From: Patescibacteria group bacterium | GTDB taxonomy: Bacteria > Patescibacteriota > Microgenomatia > UBA8517 | Direction of reading: 5' to 3' | Assembly (NCBI GenBank): GCA_041499035.1 | Contig: JBGQJK010000001.1 | Location: 12,314 to 76,313 of the forward strand | DNA: 64,000 nucleotides | In this document: positions 20,473 to 30,274 of the stretch, piece after piece | Layout: every line of letters starts with the position of its first letter | How positions within the stretch are numbered: the first letter of the stretch is position 1 | Notes under the pieces: generated by a model | The model's database searches: none | Told to the model about the DNA's origin: nothing | Seen by the model: the letters and a program-made list of their open reading frames with translations, nothing else | Program-made: the position numbers and the translations under genes

Positions 20473-22251
20473 ATGGAAAAAAGTAAATATATATTTTTCG
20501 TATTTCTTATAACCGTTTTAGTAAGCCTTGCGTTTCCCCAATTTATCCGTGCCTCAGATCTCACAATTGATTTTTCCCAAGTAACTGGCCCAGCCGAGCG
20601 CCATGCCACGGGGTTTGAATGGATTTTTCCGATGAATGTAACGGCCATAGGACCTTATGTAAGTCAATTAAAGCCAAACATTGTCAAGGACCCGTGGGGG
20701 AATGAGCAAACTGCGAGAGATCTTGGCGCACATAAAATTCAATGGCTGGTAGGAAATGCGGTGGTTACTAAAAATGGACCGGGTACGCATTGGTATCCGT
20801 GGCAGGACTATGCTGTCTGGCAGGCGTGGGTGGCAGGTCGAATAAACAGTTTAACTCAAAACGGCCAACCTCATGAGTGGGTTATTTGGCAAGAGGCCAA
20901 CTACGGTAATCCTGATGTTTGGTCAGGCACACAGGACCAATTTTTTAATACATGGAAAATTGCCGTTCAAACTATCCGTAGCATACGCCCCACTGATCCA
21001 ATAGTAGGCCCAAGCCCGGTACCGTTTGATGCAACATATCTTGAGGCGTTCTTACTCTATGCCAAAGCCAATAATGTTTTGCCGGACGTTCTTTCCTGGC
21101 ACGAACTTACTGATATTGGAGGTACTGTTCCTGCTTTTAATATATATTCATACACCCCAGACCAAATACCCTCGCATGTTAATACAATGAAGCAATTTAT
21201 GCAGGCGAATGGTATAACTTTGGTTAACAGATTTGATATTACGGAATACCAGGGTTTTTCCGACAATTACCGCCCGGGCCCGACGGTTGCGTTTATTGCA
21301 GACCTCGAACGCGTTGGGGCAGAAGGCACAAAAGGGAATTGGGCGGATGCAAATCAACTCGAAGGGCTAGTTACAGATCCGAGTACACCACAACCCCGCT
21401 CAATCTGGTGGGTTTACAAAAAATATGCAGATATGACGGGGAACTTGGTGACGACAACATTATCCAGCGCTATTAACGGATTTGGGTCGTATGACGTCGG
21501 AATGGGAAAGGCGATGGTCCTTGCAGGAAATCAGGGTGGGAGTGGTGCACGTACAATCCAATTAAATAATATTCCTTCTGCTATTGTAAGCGGCGGTAGT
21601 GTAGCCCTTACCCTGGAGCAAATTCCAGATACGGAAAAGGCTGCACTTACCAGCCCAACTATAATAAGCCAGTCAAATATTCCTGTTAGCGGCAACTCAG
21701 TTACGGTTTCGATACCTTCATTTGGTACATGGGATGCCTACGTGATAACTCTTAAAAAACCACTTCCTAATCCAATTAAATCTGCTGTGATATCTGCCAC
21801 TACAGTCACTGCTAGATTCGATACAGTTAATGCCTCTGCGGGTGATTGGCTTGGGGTTTATAAAACCGGAGCTTCCAATACGAGTTTCCTTTCTTGGAAA
21901 TGGATTGACAATACCACTGGGCCCAAACCCACAACAGCCATTACAAACGGAACAGTAGTACTAACGGTTCCAAATTCTACGGAAACTTATGAGGTTAGAT
22001 ATTTTACTAATGGATATCAACTGCTCGGATCGGCAAAGGTAACCACCGGTACCGGTCCTAGTCCCACACCAATTTCGATTAAACCTGGGGATCTTAATGA
22101 TGACGGTAAAGTTGACATTTTCGATTACAACATTCTGGTTGGAGATTATGGAAAAATAGGCTCTGCAGGATTTGTTCCCTCTGACATTGACAAAAACGGG
22201 AAGGTGGATATTTTTGACTACAATTTGCTAGTTGCGAATTATGGTAAATAA
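20473..22251 (+). CDS. secreted clan GH-A-like glycoside hydrolase with a beta-sandwich module and C-terminal class-2 dockerin-like module
   Basis: Conserved leader MEKSKYIF; WQEAN (acid/base) and ITEYQG (nucleophile) motifs; C-terminal GDLNDDGKVDIFDYNILVGDYGK...DIDKNGKVDIFDYNLLVANYGK. The ORF track starts at 20452. Confidence 0.55.
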   Translation: MEKSKYIFFVFLITVLVSLAFPQFIRASDLTIDFSQVTGPAERHATGFEWIFPMNVTAIGPYVSQLKPNIVKDPWGNEQTARDLGAHKIQWLVGNAVVTKNGPGTHWYPWQDYAVWQAWVAGRINSLTQNGQPHEWVIWQEANYGNPDVWSGTQDQFFNTWKIAVQTIRSIRPTDPIVGPSPVPFDATYLEAFLLYAKANNVLPDVLSWHELTDIGGTVPAFNIYSYTPDQIPSHVNTMKQFMQANGITLVNRFDITEYQGFSDNYRPGPTVAFIADLERVGAEGTKGNWADANQLEGLVTDPSTPQPRSIWWVYKKYADMTGNLVTTTLSSAINGFGSYDVGMGKAMVLAGNQGGSGARTIQLNNIPSAIVSGGSVALTLEQIPDTEKAALTSPTIISQSNIPVSGNSVTVSIPSFGTWDAYVITLKKPLPNPIKSAVISATTVTARFDTVNASAGDWLGVYKTGASNTSFLSWKWIDNTTGPKPTTAITNGTVVLTVPNSTETYEVRYFTNGYQLLGSAKVTTGTGPSPTPISIKPGDLNDDGKVDIFDYNILVGDYGKIGSAGFVPSDIDKNGKVDIFDYNLLVANYGK

Positions 22252-22280
22252 GCGGAGCTTGAAACTTATGAAGTTATAAA

Positions 22281-24071
22281 ATGAAAAAAAGTAAATATAT
22301 TTTTACATTTCTTCTGACATTTGCTGTGGCTTTAGTTTTTCCATACTCGGCTCATGCCTCTGACCTCACAATTGATTTTTCCCAGACGATTGGTCCAGCT
22401 CAGCGTCGTGCCACAGGATTTGAATGGCTTTACTTTCCAAATATGAATGCCATGCGCCCGTTCATAACTCAGCTGAAACCAAATATTATTAAAGATCCCC
22501 GTACTGAAGGTTTGGGCTTAAGTCCCGATAACTTTGGCACCGCACGATTTCAGGATATAATTGGACTGGAATATGCTCTCTTTAATTCTTCGTTCGATGG
22601 CGTATGGCCCTACAAGGACTATACAAAATGGCAAACGTTCGTTCAGAATAAAGTAACTACCTTAACCGCAAACGGTACAAAGTATGACTGGGCTATTTGG
22701 CAGGAACCCGACCAAGAGCTAGGAATGCCTGGCGATTACATTGACAAGGCGGTTTGGTCAGGTACCAGAGACCAGTTCTTTGAAACTTGGAAAGTCGCCG
22801 TTCAAGCAGTCCGTCAGCTTCGCCCAAACGATAAGATCGTAGGACCAAGCCTTAAAAGATTCCGTCCGGATTATCTGCAAAGCTTCCTATTGTATGCTAA
22901 AGGTAATAATGTTCTTCCAGACATTCTCTCGTGGAACCAAGTTGGAACCTATATAGGGGAAAATGGACAAACACCTAATGATATTCCCCCTCAGGTGGCA
23001 ACGATACGTCAATTTATGCAAAGTAATGGCATTCCAAATATTCCGATAGAAATAACTGAATACGGCATGTTTAAAAGTGAATATCAACCGGGCTATGCAG
23101 TGGCTTATATTACGAATATTGAACAGTCGCAAATAGAAGGGTCGATTGGTCAATGGGGATGGAGTGGAGTTGGAGGTGTGGTTGGAGGTGAGGGCGGAGA
23201 TTTTCCCAGATTATCCGGTCTGATTACAGATCCGAATGCCCCCCAACCACGTTCGGTCTGGTGGGTTTACAAAAGCTATGCGGATATGACAGGTAATATT
23301 GTTAAAACTACCGCGGCAACAGTCATTAACGGACTTGGAAGTTACGATACAGCCACCAATACTGCCAAAGTGCTTATTGGGAATCAAGCAGGAGTGATAG
23401 GTTCTAAGACAATAACCCTTAAAGGTCTTCCACAGGCCCTGCAAGGAAATGGCAATGTTTTGGCTAAAATTGAACACATTCCAAATACTGAAAGTAATCC
23501 TTTATATGTACCTAACGGAGTCTCAGTAATTCTCTTACCCTTTAGCAATGGTAATGTTGCGGTTACCGTACCTAACGTCGGCACACTCGACGCCGCAGTA
23601 ATTACGATTACCAAGCCGCCAACTATAAGTGCGAATGTTTCGTCAAATCAAATAAATGTCAGTTTTAATAATTCAATCGCACTGACAAATGATTGGATTG
23701 GCATTTTTAAACCGGGGGATGCAGTCAATGCTTATTTGGATTGGAAATGGTTGAATAATGCCCAAGGCGCAGCCCCTTCGAGTCCCGTTACCAACGGTTC
23801 TGTTACTTTAACTTTGCCAGCTGCGGGTAATTATGAAGTACGTTATATAAATGCAGGGTCAGTTTTAGCAACAACAAATGTATCTGTTGGTTCAACTGCT
23901 AAGATTGGCGATCTTAATGGTGACGGCAAGGTAGATTTTTATGATTACAACATTTTTGTTCCGGACTATGGTAAAACCGGTGCTCCCGGTTTTGTTGTTT
24001 CCGATATAGATAAGAATGGCAAGGTAGACATTTTTGATTACAACATTTTGGTCGGTAATTACGGGAAATAG
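22281..24071 (+). CDS. paralogous secreted GH-A-like hydrolase with class-2 dockerin-like module
   Basis: MKKSKYIF leader, WQEPD and ITEYGM motifs, and the same C-terminal dockerin. Confidence 0.55.
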   Translation: MKKSKYIFTFLLTFAVALVFPYSAHASDLTIDFSQTIGPAQRRATGFEWLYFPNMNAMRPFITQLKPNIIKDPRTEGLGLSPDNFGTARFQDIIGLEYALFNSSFDGVWPYKDYTKWQTFVQNKVTTLTANGTKYDWAIWQEPDQELGMPGDYIDKAVWSGTRDQFFETWKVAVQAVRQLRPNDKIVGPSLKRFRPDYLQSFLLYAKGNNVLPDILSWNQVGTYIGENGQTPNDIPPQVATIRQFMQSNGIPNIPIEITEYGMFKSEYQPGYAVAYITNIEQSQIEGSIGQWGWSGVGGVVGGEGGDFPRLSGLITDPNAPQPRSVWWVYKSYADMTGNIVKTTAATVINGLGSYDTATNTAKVLIGNQAGVIGSKTITLKGLPQALQGNGNVLAKIEHIPNTESNPLYVPNGVSVILLPFSNGNVAVTVPNVGTLDAAVITITKPPTISANVSSNQINVSFNNSIALTNDWIGIFKPGDAVNAYLDWKWLNNAQGAAPSSPVTNGSVTLTLPAAGNYEVRYINAGSVLATTNVSVGSTAKIGDLNGDGKVDFYDYNIFVPDYGKTGAPGFVVSDIDKNGKVDIFDYNILVGNYGK

Positions 24072-24073
24072 TT

Positions 24074-25345
24074 ATGAAAAAGAGTAAATATATTTTTATA
24101 GGATTTGTTTTAATTGCTTTTGCAGAATTCGTCTTTCCGTCATCAGCTCGTGCAGTTTCAATTCAATCTCAAGTCGACGCCGCGCCAGCCGGTTCCACAA
24201 TTCTCATTCAACCGGGCACTTATAACGAAGTTGTAACAATTAATAAAGCTATCATTTTAAAATGTGCTACCCAGAAGACCTGCGTCACGCATAGCTTTAT
24301 CATTAACGGCAGCGGGGTAACTGTAGACGGGTTTTACAGTTTAGGCTCGAGTAACTATGAGGGTGCAATGATTGTAAATGGAAATTCCAACACTGTCTCC
24401 AACAATGTTATCGAAAGTGCCTGTATGGCGGGAATTGTAATCAAAGGGAGTAGTAACCTGGCCCTGAACAATGAAATCTTAAAATCCCGGCAATGCCCGG
24501 GGAGCGGATCTGACGCTGACGGAATACGGATTTTTGCCGACGGAAACGTTGCCCGGGGAAATTATATTCATAATATTTCTTCACTTCAAAACCCGACCGC
24601 CCACATTGACTGTTTCCAGTCATGGGGAACACTTACTAATGCAACTATTGAAAATAATTATTGTTACAATTTGGAATCAGGTACAACCGGAGCCGGTACT
24701 ACAGGAGTTCAAACTGATGTTGGCAACGTTCACAATATCACAATCCGCAATAATGTCTTCCGTGTTGCCCACGGCCTTAACATGAGGGGAGATGGTATCT
24801 CTGCTACGAATAACGTTTTTGTTGGGGATTATTACAACACATCTTATGTGTTTTTGGATGTAATTACAGGTGCAATCTTCAAAAATAACATTATTTATAA
24901 TACTACCAACGGAATAATAGTCGGCTCAGCCTATAAAACAGGAATTACCGGCGGATATAATATTATTTACAATGCCAACGGCGCCGCTCCGAGTCGGGAT
25001 AGCGCCTATTTTTCCTCAACCGATAAATGGCAAACCATGAATCCGGCATTTGTTAATGCGAATTCAGGAGATTTTCATTTGCAATCAGGTTCACCCGCTT
25101 GTTCCGCCGGGGAAAACGGAACCTATGCCGGCGCATATTCTTGCGGAAGCGGTACGAGCCCGGTACTTTCCGCCAAACCCGGTGATCTTAATAATGACGC
25201 AAAGGTGGATATTTTTGATTACAATCTACTGGTTGGGGATTATGGAAAAACCGGTTCAGCCGGCTTTGTTCCTTCCGATATCGATAAAAACGGTAAGGTG
25301 GATATCTTCGATTACAACATTCTGGTGGGGAATTATGGGAAATAA
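24074..25345 (+). CDS. secreted beta-helix repeat protein with class-2 dockerin-like module
   Basis: MKKSKYIF leader, parallel beta-helix repeats (GNSNTVSNNVIESA... NNEILKS...) and the C-terminal dockerin. Confidence 0.55.
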   Translation: MKKSKYIFIGFVLIAFAEFVFPSSARAVSIQSQVDAAPAGSTILIQPGTYNEVVTINKAIILKCATQKTCVTHSFIINGSGVTVDGFYSLGSSNYEGAMIVNGNSNTVSNNVIESACMAGIVIKGSSNLALNNEILKSRQCPGSGSDADGIRIFADGNVARGNYIHNISSLQNPTAHIDCFQSWGTLTNATIENNYCYNLESGTTGAGTTGVQTDVGNVHNITIRNNVFRVAHGLNMRGDGISATNNVFVGDYYNTSYVFLDVITGAIFKNNIIYNTTNGIIVGSAYKTGITGGYNIIYNANGAAPSRDSAYFSSTDKWQTMNPAFVNANSGDFHLQSGSPACSAGENGTYAGAYSCGSGTSPVLSAKPGDLNNDAKVDIFDYNLLVGDYGKTGSAGFVPSDIDKNGKVDIFDYNILVGNYGK

Positions 25346-25347
25346 TT

Positions 25348-27435
25348 ATGGAAAAGAATAAATACATTTTTATATTTCTTTTAGTTTTTTTAATGTCCGT
25401 TACTTTTCCCAAAAGTGCCCGCGCCGCACTTCAACCATTTGATATAACCACTCTTGATACCGGAGTTACGTATTACGCTTCTTTCGGCAGCTACAACCAA
25501 AAAATTGTCCAAAACCAGTATGGAATCTTTCTTACTTATAAAATAACGGACGACGCCAATGATAATGGCGTATGGCGACTCCTTAGAAGCATCGACGGCG
25601 GCAAGACTTTTAATAAAATTTATGAAGCCAACTATAATACAAAACCCCCGGTAGTTGAAACAGACGGCAGCGGCGTAATCTATTTGGCAACCGGAGGAAC
25701 GAATGTTTCGCTTTACAGATTTTTACCCCAGAATAATTTTGCAAACCCGGTAATTACTTCTATTCCAAATTCAGGTTCCGGAAAGATGTCAATGATTATT
25801 GATGAGAGACGGGGCCAGCTTTATTTTTTCTCCCACTACGCTTACTTTTCCATTATCGGACTTGACGGAACTATCAGGAAAAGTTATCAGCTGGGCTCGC
25901 CCTTTTGCGGCCCCAACGCCTGTTACCAATACCCCCTTTTAACTATGGACGAAAATGGCAACTTGATTGCCGCCTGGACAACTATAAAAAATGGTGCTTA
26001 TTTATACTGGGACATTCATTTTATTATTTCTAAAGACGGGGGAAACTCGTGGCAGAAGTTGGACGGGACGCATTTGAATTTGCCGCTTGTACCTGATAAC
26101 ACGGGGTCAACAGACCGCGTTACACTTGATGATGAATTTAATGTTCATACCTGGTTATCATCGGTTCTGGCCAAAAATGGCAAGATTTATTTTCCTTATC
26201 TGGCTCAATTCACTCCTTACAGACAGCATTTTGCCCGCTATGACCTCTCAACCGCAAAAAAGGATTTGGATGTAAATCCAGTTTGGAAGGGAGAAACACT
26301 ACAGATCGACACACTCCATGGGTTTTGTGCTACAAAACTTCAGCAGTCAACTTTTCCGATTTATTGCATAGGGAATGTGGGAGGAACCAAGATCGGAGTA
26401 ATTGTAAGTTCTGATCAGGGAGCAACCTGGCACGATTATGCCGAAAGCGTTTTTCCGGAAGATTCCATTCCATGGTCCATCGCCGGAGCTCGGGAAATTA
26501 CCCCCGACGGCTATATGATCGGAACCTATACCAGTGAAAAAAGTACGGATTTGAATAATTCACAAGTGCGTTTTTTCCGGGTGAAAGTTGGCAATTCGGT
26601 AGAACCAAGTCCTCCTGCCTTTTATTGGCCGATGGATGAAACAACTGGAAATATAGTTAATGAGGTATCCAGCATTTATAATGGCACCACAACTGCGGGA
26701 GTAGTAGACGGGAAAATCGGTAAGGCCAGAAATTTCATTTCCACGGCCTGGACCAATAGCACCAGGTTGCAGTTTCCTCTTTTTGACGGGAATATTAACA
26801 CCAAATCTGGATTTTCCGTTGAAGCCTGGATAAAAAAGAATAGCAGTAGTGCCCTTTATGAACACCGTGTTATCGGCAACAGGTACAACTGGAATGACGC
26901 AAACGGCTGGTACCTTACATTCCCGACAAATGAAAATATTGCCTTTTCCGTTCAATCGATGAGTAACCCTTCGGCAAATTTATATTCGACTCAGCCCATC
27001 GCACCCGGTACTTGGTACCACGTAGTTGGAGTTTATGATAATGGAACAATAAAGTTATACATTAACGGTGTTTTGGACGGAACCTTAGCCGGAGTAAGCT
27101 ACACCCCATCTTATCGTGAGTTGACAATCGGGGGGCAGCCCGACACAACTAATTATGGTTTTGACGGCATTATTGATGAAGTTCATTTTTATCCGTTTGC
27201 TCTCTCAGCAGATATAGTCAAGCAGCATTACCTTGGTTCCGGTTCAGTCCCAACACCCATTCCTAAACCTGGAGACCTGAATAACGACGGCAAGGTGGAT
27301 TTTTACGATTACAATATTTTTGTTGGGGATTACGGCAAAACAGGAGTCGCCAGTTTTGTTCCCTCCGATATCGACAAAAACGGCAAGGTGGATTTTTACG
27401 ATTACAATATATTAGTAGGGAATTACGGAAAATAA
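25348..27435 (+). CDS. secreted BNR-repeat (sialidase-like propeller) + LamG/ConA-like lectin domain protein with class-2 dockerin-like module
   Basis: BNR motifs SIDGGKTF, SKDGGNSW and SSDQGATW; a LamG_3-like segment (FSVEAWIKK...WYHVVGVYDNGTIKLYINGV); and the dockerin. Confidence 0.55.
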   Translation: MEKNKYIFIFLLVFLMSVTFPKSARAALQPFDITTLDTGVTYYASFGSYNQKIVQNQYGIFLTYKITDDANDNGVWRLLRSIDGGKTFNKIYEANYNTKPPVVETDGSGVIYLATGGTNVSLYRFLPQNNFANPVITSIPNSGSGKMSMIIDERRGQLYFFSHYAYFSIIGLDGTIRKSYQLGSPFCGPNACYQYPLLTMDENGNLIAAWTTIKNGAYLYWDIHFIISKDGGNSWQKLDGTHLNLPLVPDNTGSTDRVTLDDEFNVHTWLSSVLAKNGKIYFPYLAQFTPYRQHFARYDLSTAKKDLDVNPVWKGETLQIDTLHGFCATKLQQSTFPIYCIGNVGGTKIGVIVSSDQGATWHDYAESVFPEDSIPWSIAGAREITPDGYMIGTYTSEKSTDLNNSQVRFFRVKVGNSVEPSPPAFYWPMDETTGNIVNEVSSIYNGTTTAGVVDGKIGKARNFISTAWTNSTRLQFPLFDGNINTKSGFSVEAWIKKNSSSALYEHRVIGNRYNWNDANGWYLTFPTNENIAFSVQSMSNPSANLYSTQPIAPGTWYHVVGVYDNGTIKLYINGVLDGTLAGVSYTPSYRELTIGGQPDTTNYGFDGIIDEVHFYPFALSADIVKQHYLGSGSVPTPIPKPGDLNNDGKVDFYDYNIFVGDYGKTGVASFVPSDIDKNGKVDFYDYNILVGNYGK

Positions 27436-27455
27436 GCGGAGCTTGTTAGAATATC

Positions 27456-28691
27456 ATGAAAAAAATATTATTCTGTTTCATAGTTTTCTTTATAGGTATC
27501 TCATCGATAGCTGTCACACCTGTCTATGCCGCTTTAGGGGATGCTACTATTACACATAATGGTGCTACTGTAACCACCCAAGCTTCTTTTGCCGGTGGTA
27601 TTACGTCGCTCAAATACCAAAATTTTGAATACATCTTTCAGCAAATATATCAAGGCGCTTTCATTCAGTATGCCTGGCAAAACGGCAACCACGGAGAGTG
27701 TTTTAATCCTACAGAACAGGGCGCTAAATGTGATTCTGAGGGGAAAACCACTTCTATACTCCAAAATTTTAGCTCTACAAGTACCAGCATTACCAAAACG
27801 GTTTTACCATCCTACTGGCTTAGCCCGGAAGCAACAAATACTTATTGCCATACAAGCCAATACTGTAATATTGATCAGGAAAACCACGCAGGAACAGCGG
27901 TTAATACGACGGCAGTTAGTAATAGCAGCTTGCAGACAACATTTACTCTTGATCCCGAAAATCTTCCCCACGCGCTCGGCCTAACAGGAACGATTACGTT
28001 TGGATCCACAGATACAGATCCGGGTTTGCCTTTTGTTATGCTTGCGCCGTCGCACTTTTTTTCCACCGCATTTACCAAATCCTACCGCTATAATTATGGA
28101 AACGGTGCACTTCTTCCCCCAACAGTGGGCAATTACTGGAACACGACATTACCCCCGGTGCTGGCAACAACAGATGACGCTCACGCAGTCAGCGTCTATT
28201 CAGCCGGCGTTCCGCGAATGATTCCCCTCTCCCTCCCCCAAACGACACCCAACAACATTACTGGTTATACGCTAAATCACCTCACTTCCCCCACGGACTT
28301 GTGGGAGTTGGACATCCGCCTTCCCTACGTGCCGCCGGGGAATACTACCGCAATTACTCCCGGCATGAAACTGTCCATACGTTCATATGTCGTTTTTGGT
28401 ACGCTTTCCGAAGTCACAGCACAACTCCACGCGTTATACCTGGCACATCCCCCGATTGCCGATAATTGCATGGGAATAGCCTGGAAGGGCAAATATGCAG
28501 CCACAGATTGTCCTGTCCCGCTTCCCGGAGATTTAAACGGTGACGGCAAGGTGGATATTTTTGATTACAATATTTTGGTTGGGGATTACGGAAAGACAGG
28601 TTCTGCCGGTTTCGTTCTTTCCGATATCGACAAAAACGGCAAAGTGGATATTTTTGACTACAACTTGCTTGTTGGAAATTATGGAAAATAG
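27456..28691 (+). CDS. secreted beta-rich protein of unknown function with class-2 dockerin-like module
   Basis: A signal peptide and the C-terminal GDLNGDGKVDIFDYNILVGDYGK...DIDKNGKVDIFDYNLLVGNYGK. Confidence 0.5.
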   Translation: MKKILFCFIVFFIGISSIAVTPVYAALGDATITHNGATVTTQASFAGGITSLKYQNFEYIFQQIYQGAFIQYAWQNGNHGECFNPTEQGAKCDSEGKTTSILQNFSSTSTSITKTVLPSYWLSPEATNTYCHTSQYCNIDQENHAGTAVNTTAVSNSSLQTTFTLDPENLPHALGLTGTITFGSTDTDPGLPFVMLAPSHFFSTAFTKSYRYNYGNGALLPPTVGNYWNTTLPPVLATTDDAHAVSVYSAGVPRMIPLSLPQTTPNNITGYTLNHLTSPTDLWELDIRLPYVPPGNTTAITPGMKLSIRSYVVFGTLSEVTAQLHALYLAHPPIADNCMGIAWKGKYAATDCPVPLPGDLNGDGKVDIFDYNILVGDYGKTGSAGFVLSDIDKNGKVDIFDYNLLVGNYGK

Positions 28692-28693
28692 AC

Positions 28694-30274
28694 ATGAAAA
28701 AGCGTAAATGTATTTTTTGGGCATTTTTTCTAACCTTATTCGCCAGTTTTGTTTTTCCTGTTTCAGCCCATGCGGCTATCTATTATCTTTCAACAAACGG
28801 AAATGACAACAGCCCCGGTAGTCAGGCCTCTCCCTGGCTCAGTCCAAACCACGCGGTTAGTTGCGGGGACACGATTTTAGCTGCTCCGGGACTTTCGTAT
28901 GCAGCGTCGAATTTTGCCGGCGGTAAATGGGGAAATGTAAACTGTCCTGCAGGGAATAATGTCGCCTGGCTTAAATGCGCGACGTTCGGTACCTGCAAAG
29001 TCATCGGGACGGGGTATGACGCAATACGCGTCAGCGCGAGTTACTGGGGAGTGCAGGGCTTTGAAGCTACTAATGCAACAGGGGCATGCTTCACGGCTAC
29101 GCCAACCGGTAGTTCGATGATTCATCATATTATTTTTGCAAACAATATAGCCAATGGTTGCCAAAATAACGGTTTTAGTTCCTACCCTTTTTATGCAGGA
29201 ACCGCGCCGCCCAGCGTTGATTATCTGGCAATTATAGGTAACCTTGCCTACAATGCAGCCGGTGGAAATAGTTATTGTTTTAGCGGTATTTCCGTCTATG
29301 AACCCAGGAATTTTGATACTGCTCCGGGCACGCACGTTTATATTGCCCAGAATATTTCCTGGTCGAACAATGATGGTCAATACTGTCCGGGTAATAGCGA
29401 TGGCGAGGGGATTATTTTAGACGACTGGAAAGGGGACCAGTCAGGTTATACTACAGGTTATTCCGGTCAGGGTGTTGTCGAAAACAACCTGGTTCTGGGT
29501 AACGGCAGTGCCGGAATCGAGCCGTTTCATAATTCGGTAGCCTCGATAATTATCCGGAATAATACGTCGTATGCCAATAACACAGATTTACATCATGCAG
29601 GAACGTATCTGGGAGAAATTCTGATCAGCCTCTCATCGTTCATAACTGTGAAATACAATATTGTCCATTCCATAGTGGCAACCTGCTGCGCATCTCATTA
29701 TCCGGTCTTTGCTCTCTATGTCGGATCGTCTGACAATACTAATATACTTGATTATAATTGGGTCTATAGTATTTCGGGAAACAATACGGGTATCAATGCT
29801 TCTCCTGGCTTTTCCTTTGGCAGTCATCAAACGTTTGGTATCAATCCGGGCTTTGTAAATCCTTTGGTTCCGGGAGCACCGAACTGCAGCGGCACCTCGA
29901 GCACACTAGATTGTATGAAGACAACGCTCGCAAATTTTGTGCCTTCCGCGTCAGGAATATCCGGATATGGTTATCAGCCGGTAACCGGTGCTTACTTATC
30001 GAATTCTTATTATCCCTCATGGCTCTGCAATGTAACAATTCCGAGTGGTATTATTTCCAATTATTGTTTGCCCACAGGTTCAGTTCCAACCCCTGTTCCA
30101 GTTATTCCAGGCGACCTTAATGGTGACGGCAAAGTGGACTTTTACGATTACAATCTTTTTGTAGGGGACTACGGGAAAACCGGCTCACCCGGCTTTGTTC
30201 CTTCCGATATCGACAAAAACGGCAAAGTTGATATTTTTGATTACAATTTACTTGTTGCAAATTATGGGAAGTGA
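28694..30274 (+). CDS. secreted beta-helix protein with class-2 dockerin-like module
   Basis: MKKRKCIF leader, repeats similar to the 18841 and 24074 proteins, and the dockerin. Confidence 0.55.
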   Translation: MKKRKCIFWAFFLTLFASFVFPVSAHAAIYYLSTNGNDNSPGSQASPWLSPNHAVSCGDTILAAPGLSYAASNFAGGKWGNVNCPAGNNVAWLKCATFGTCKVIGTGYDAIRVSASYWGVQGFEATNATGACFTATPTGSSMIHHIIFANNIANGCQNNGFSSYPFYAGTAPPSVDYLAIIGNLAYNAAGGNSYCFSGISVYEPRNFDTAPGTHVYIAQNISWSNNDGQYCPGNSDGEGIILDDWKGDQSGYTTGYSGQGVVENNLVLGNGSAGIEPFHNSVASIIIRNNTSYANNTDLHHAGTYLGEILISLSSFITVKYNIVHSIVATCCASHYPVFALYVGSSDNTNILDYNWVYSISGNNTGINASPGFSFGSHQTFGINPGFVNPLVPGAPNCSGTSSTLDCMKTTLANFVPSASGISGYGYQPVTGAYLSNSYYPSWLCNVTIPSGIISNYCLPTGSVPTPVPVIPGDLNGDGKVDFYDYNLFVGDYGKTGSPGFVPSDIDKNGKVDIFDYNLLVANYGK

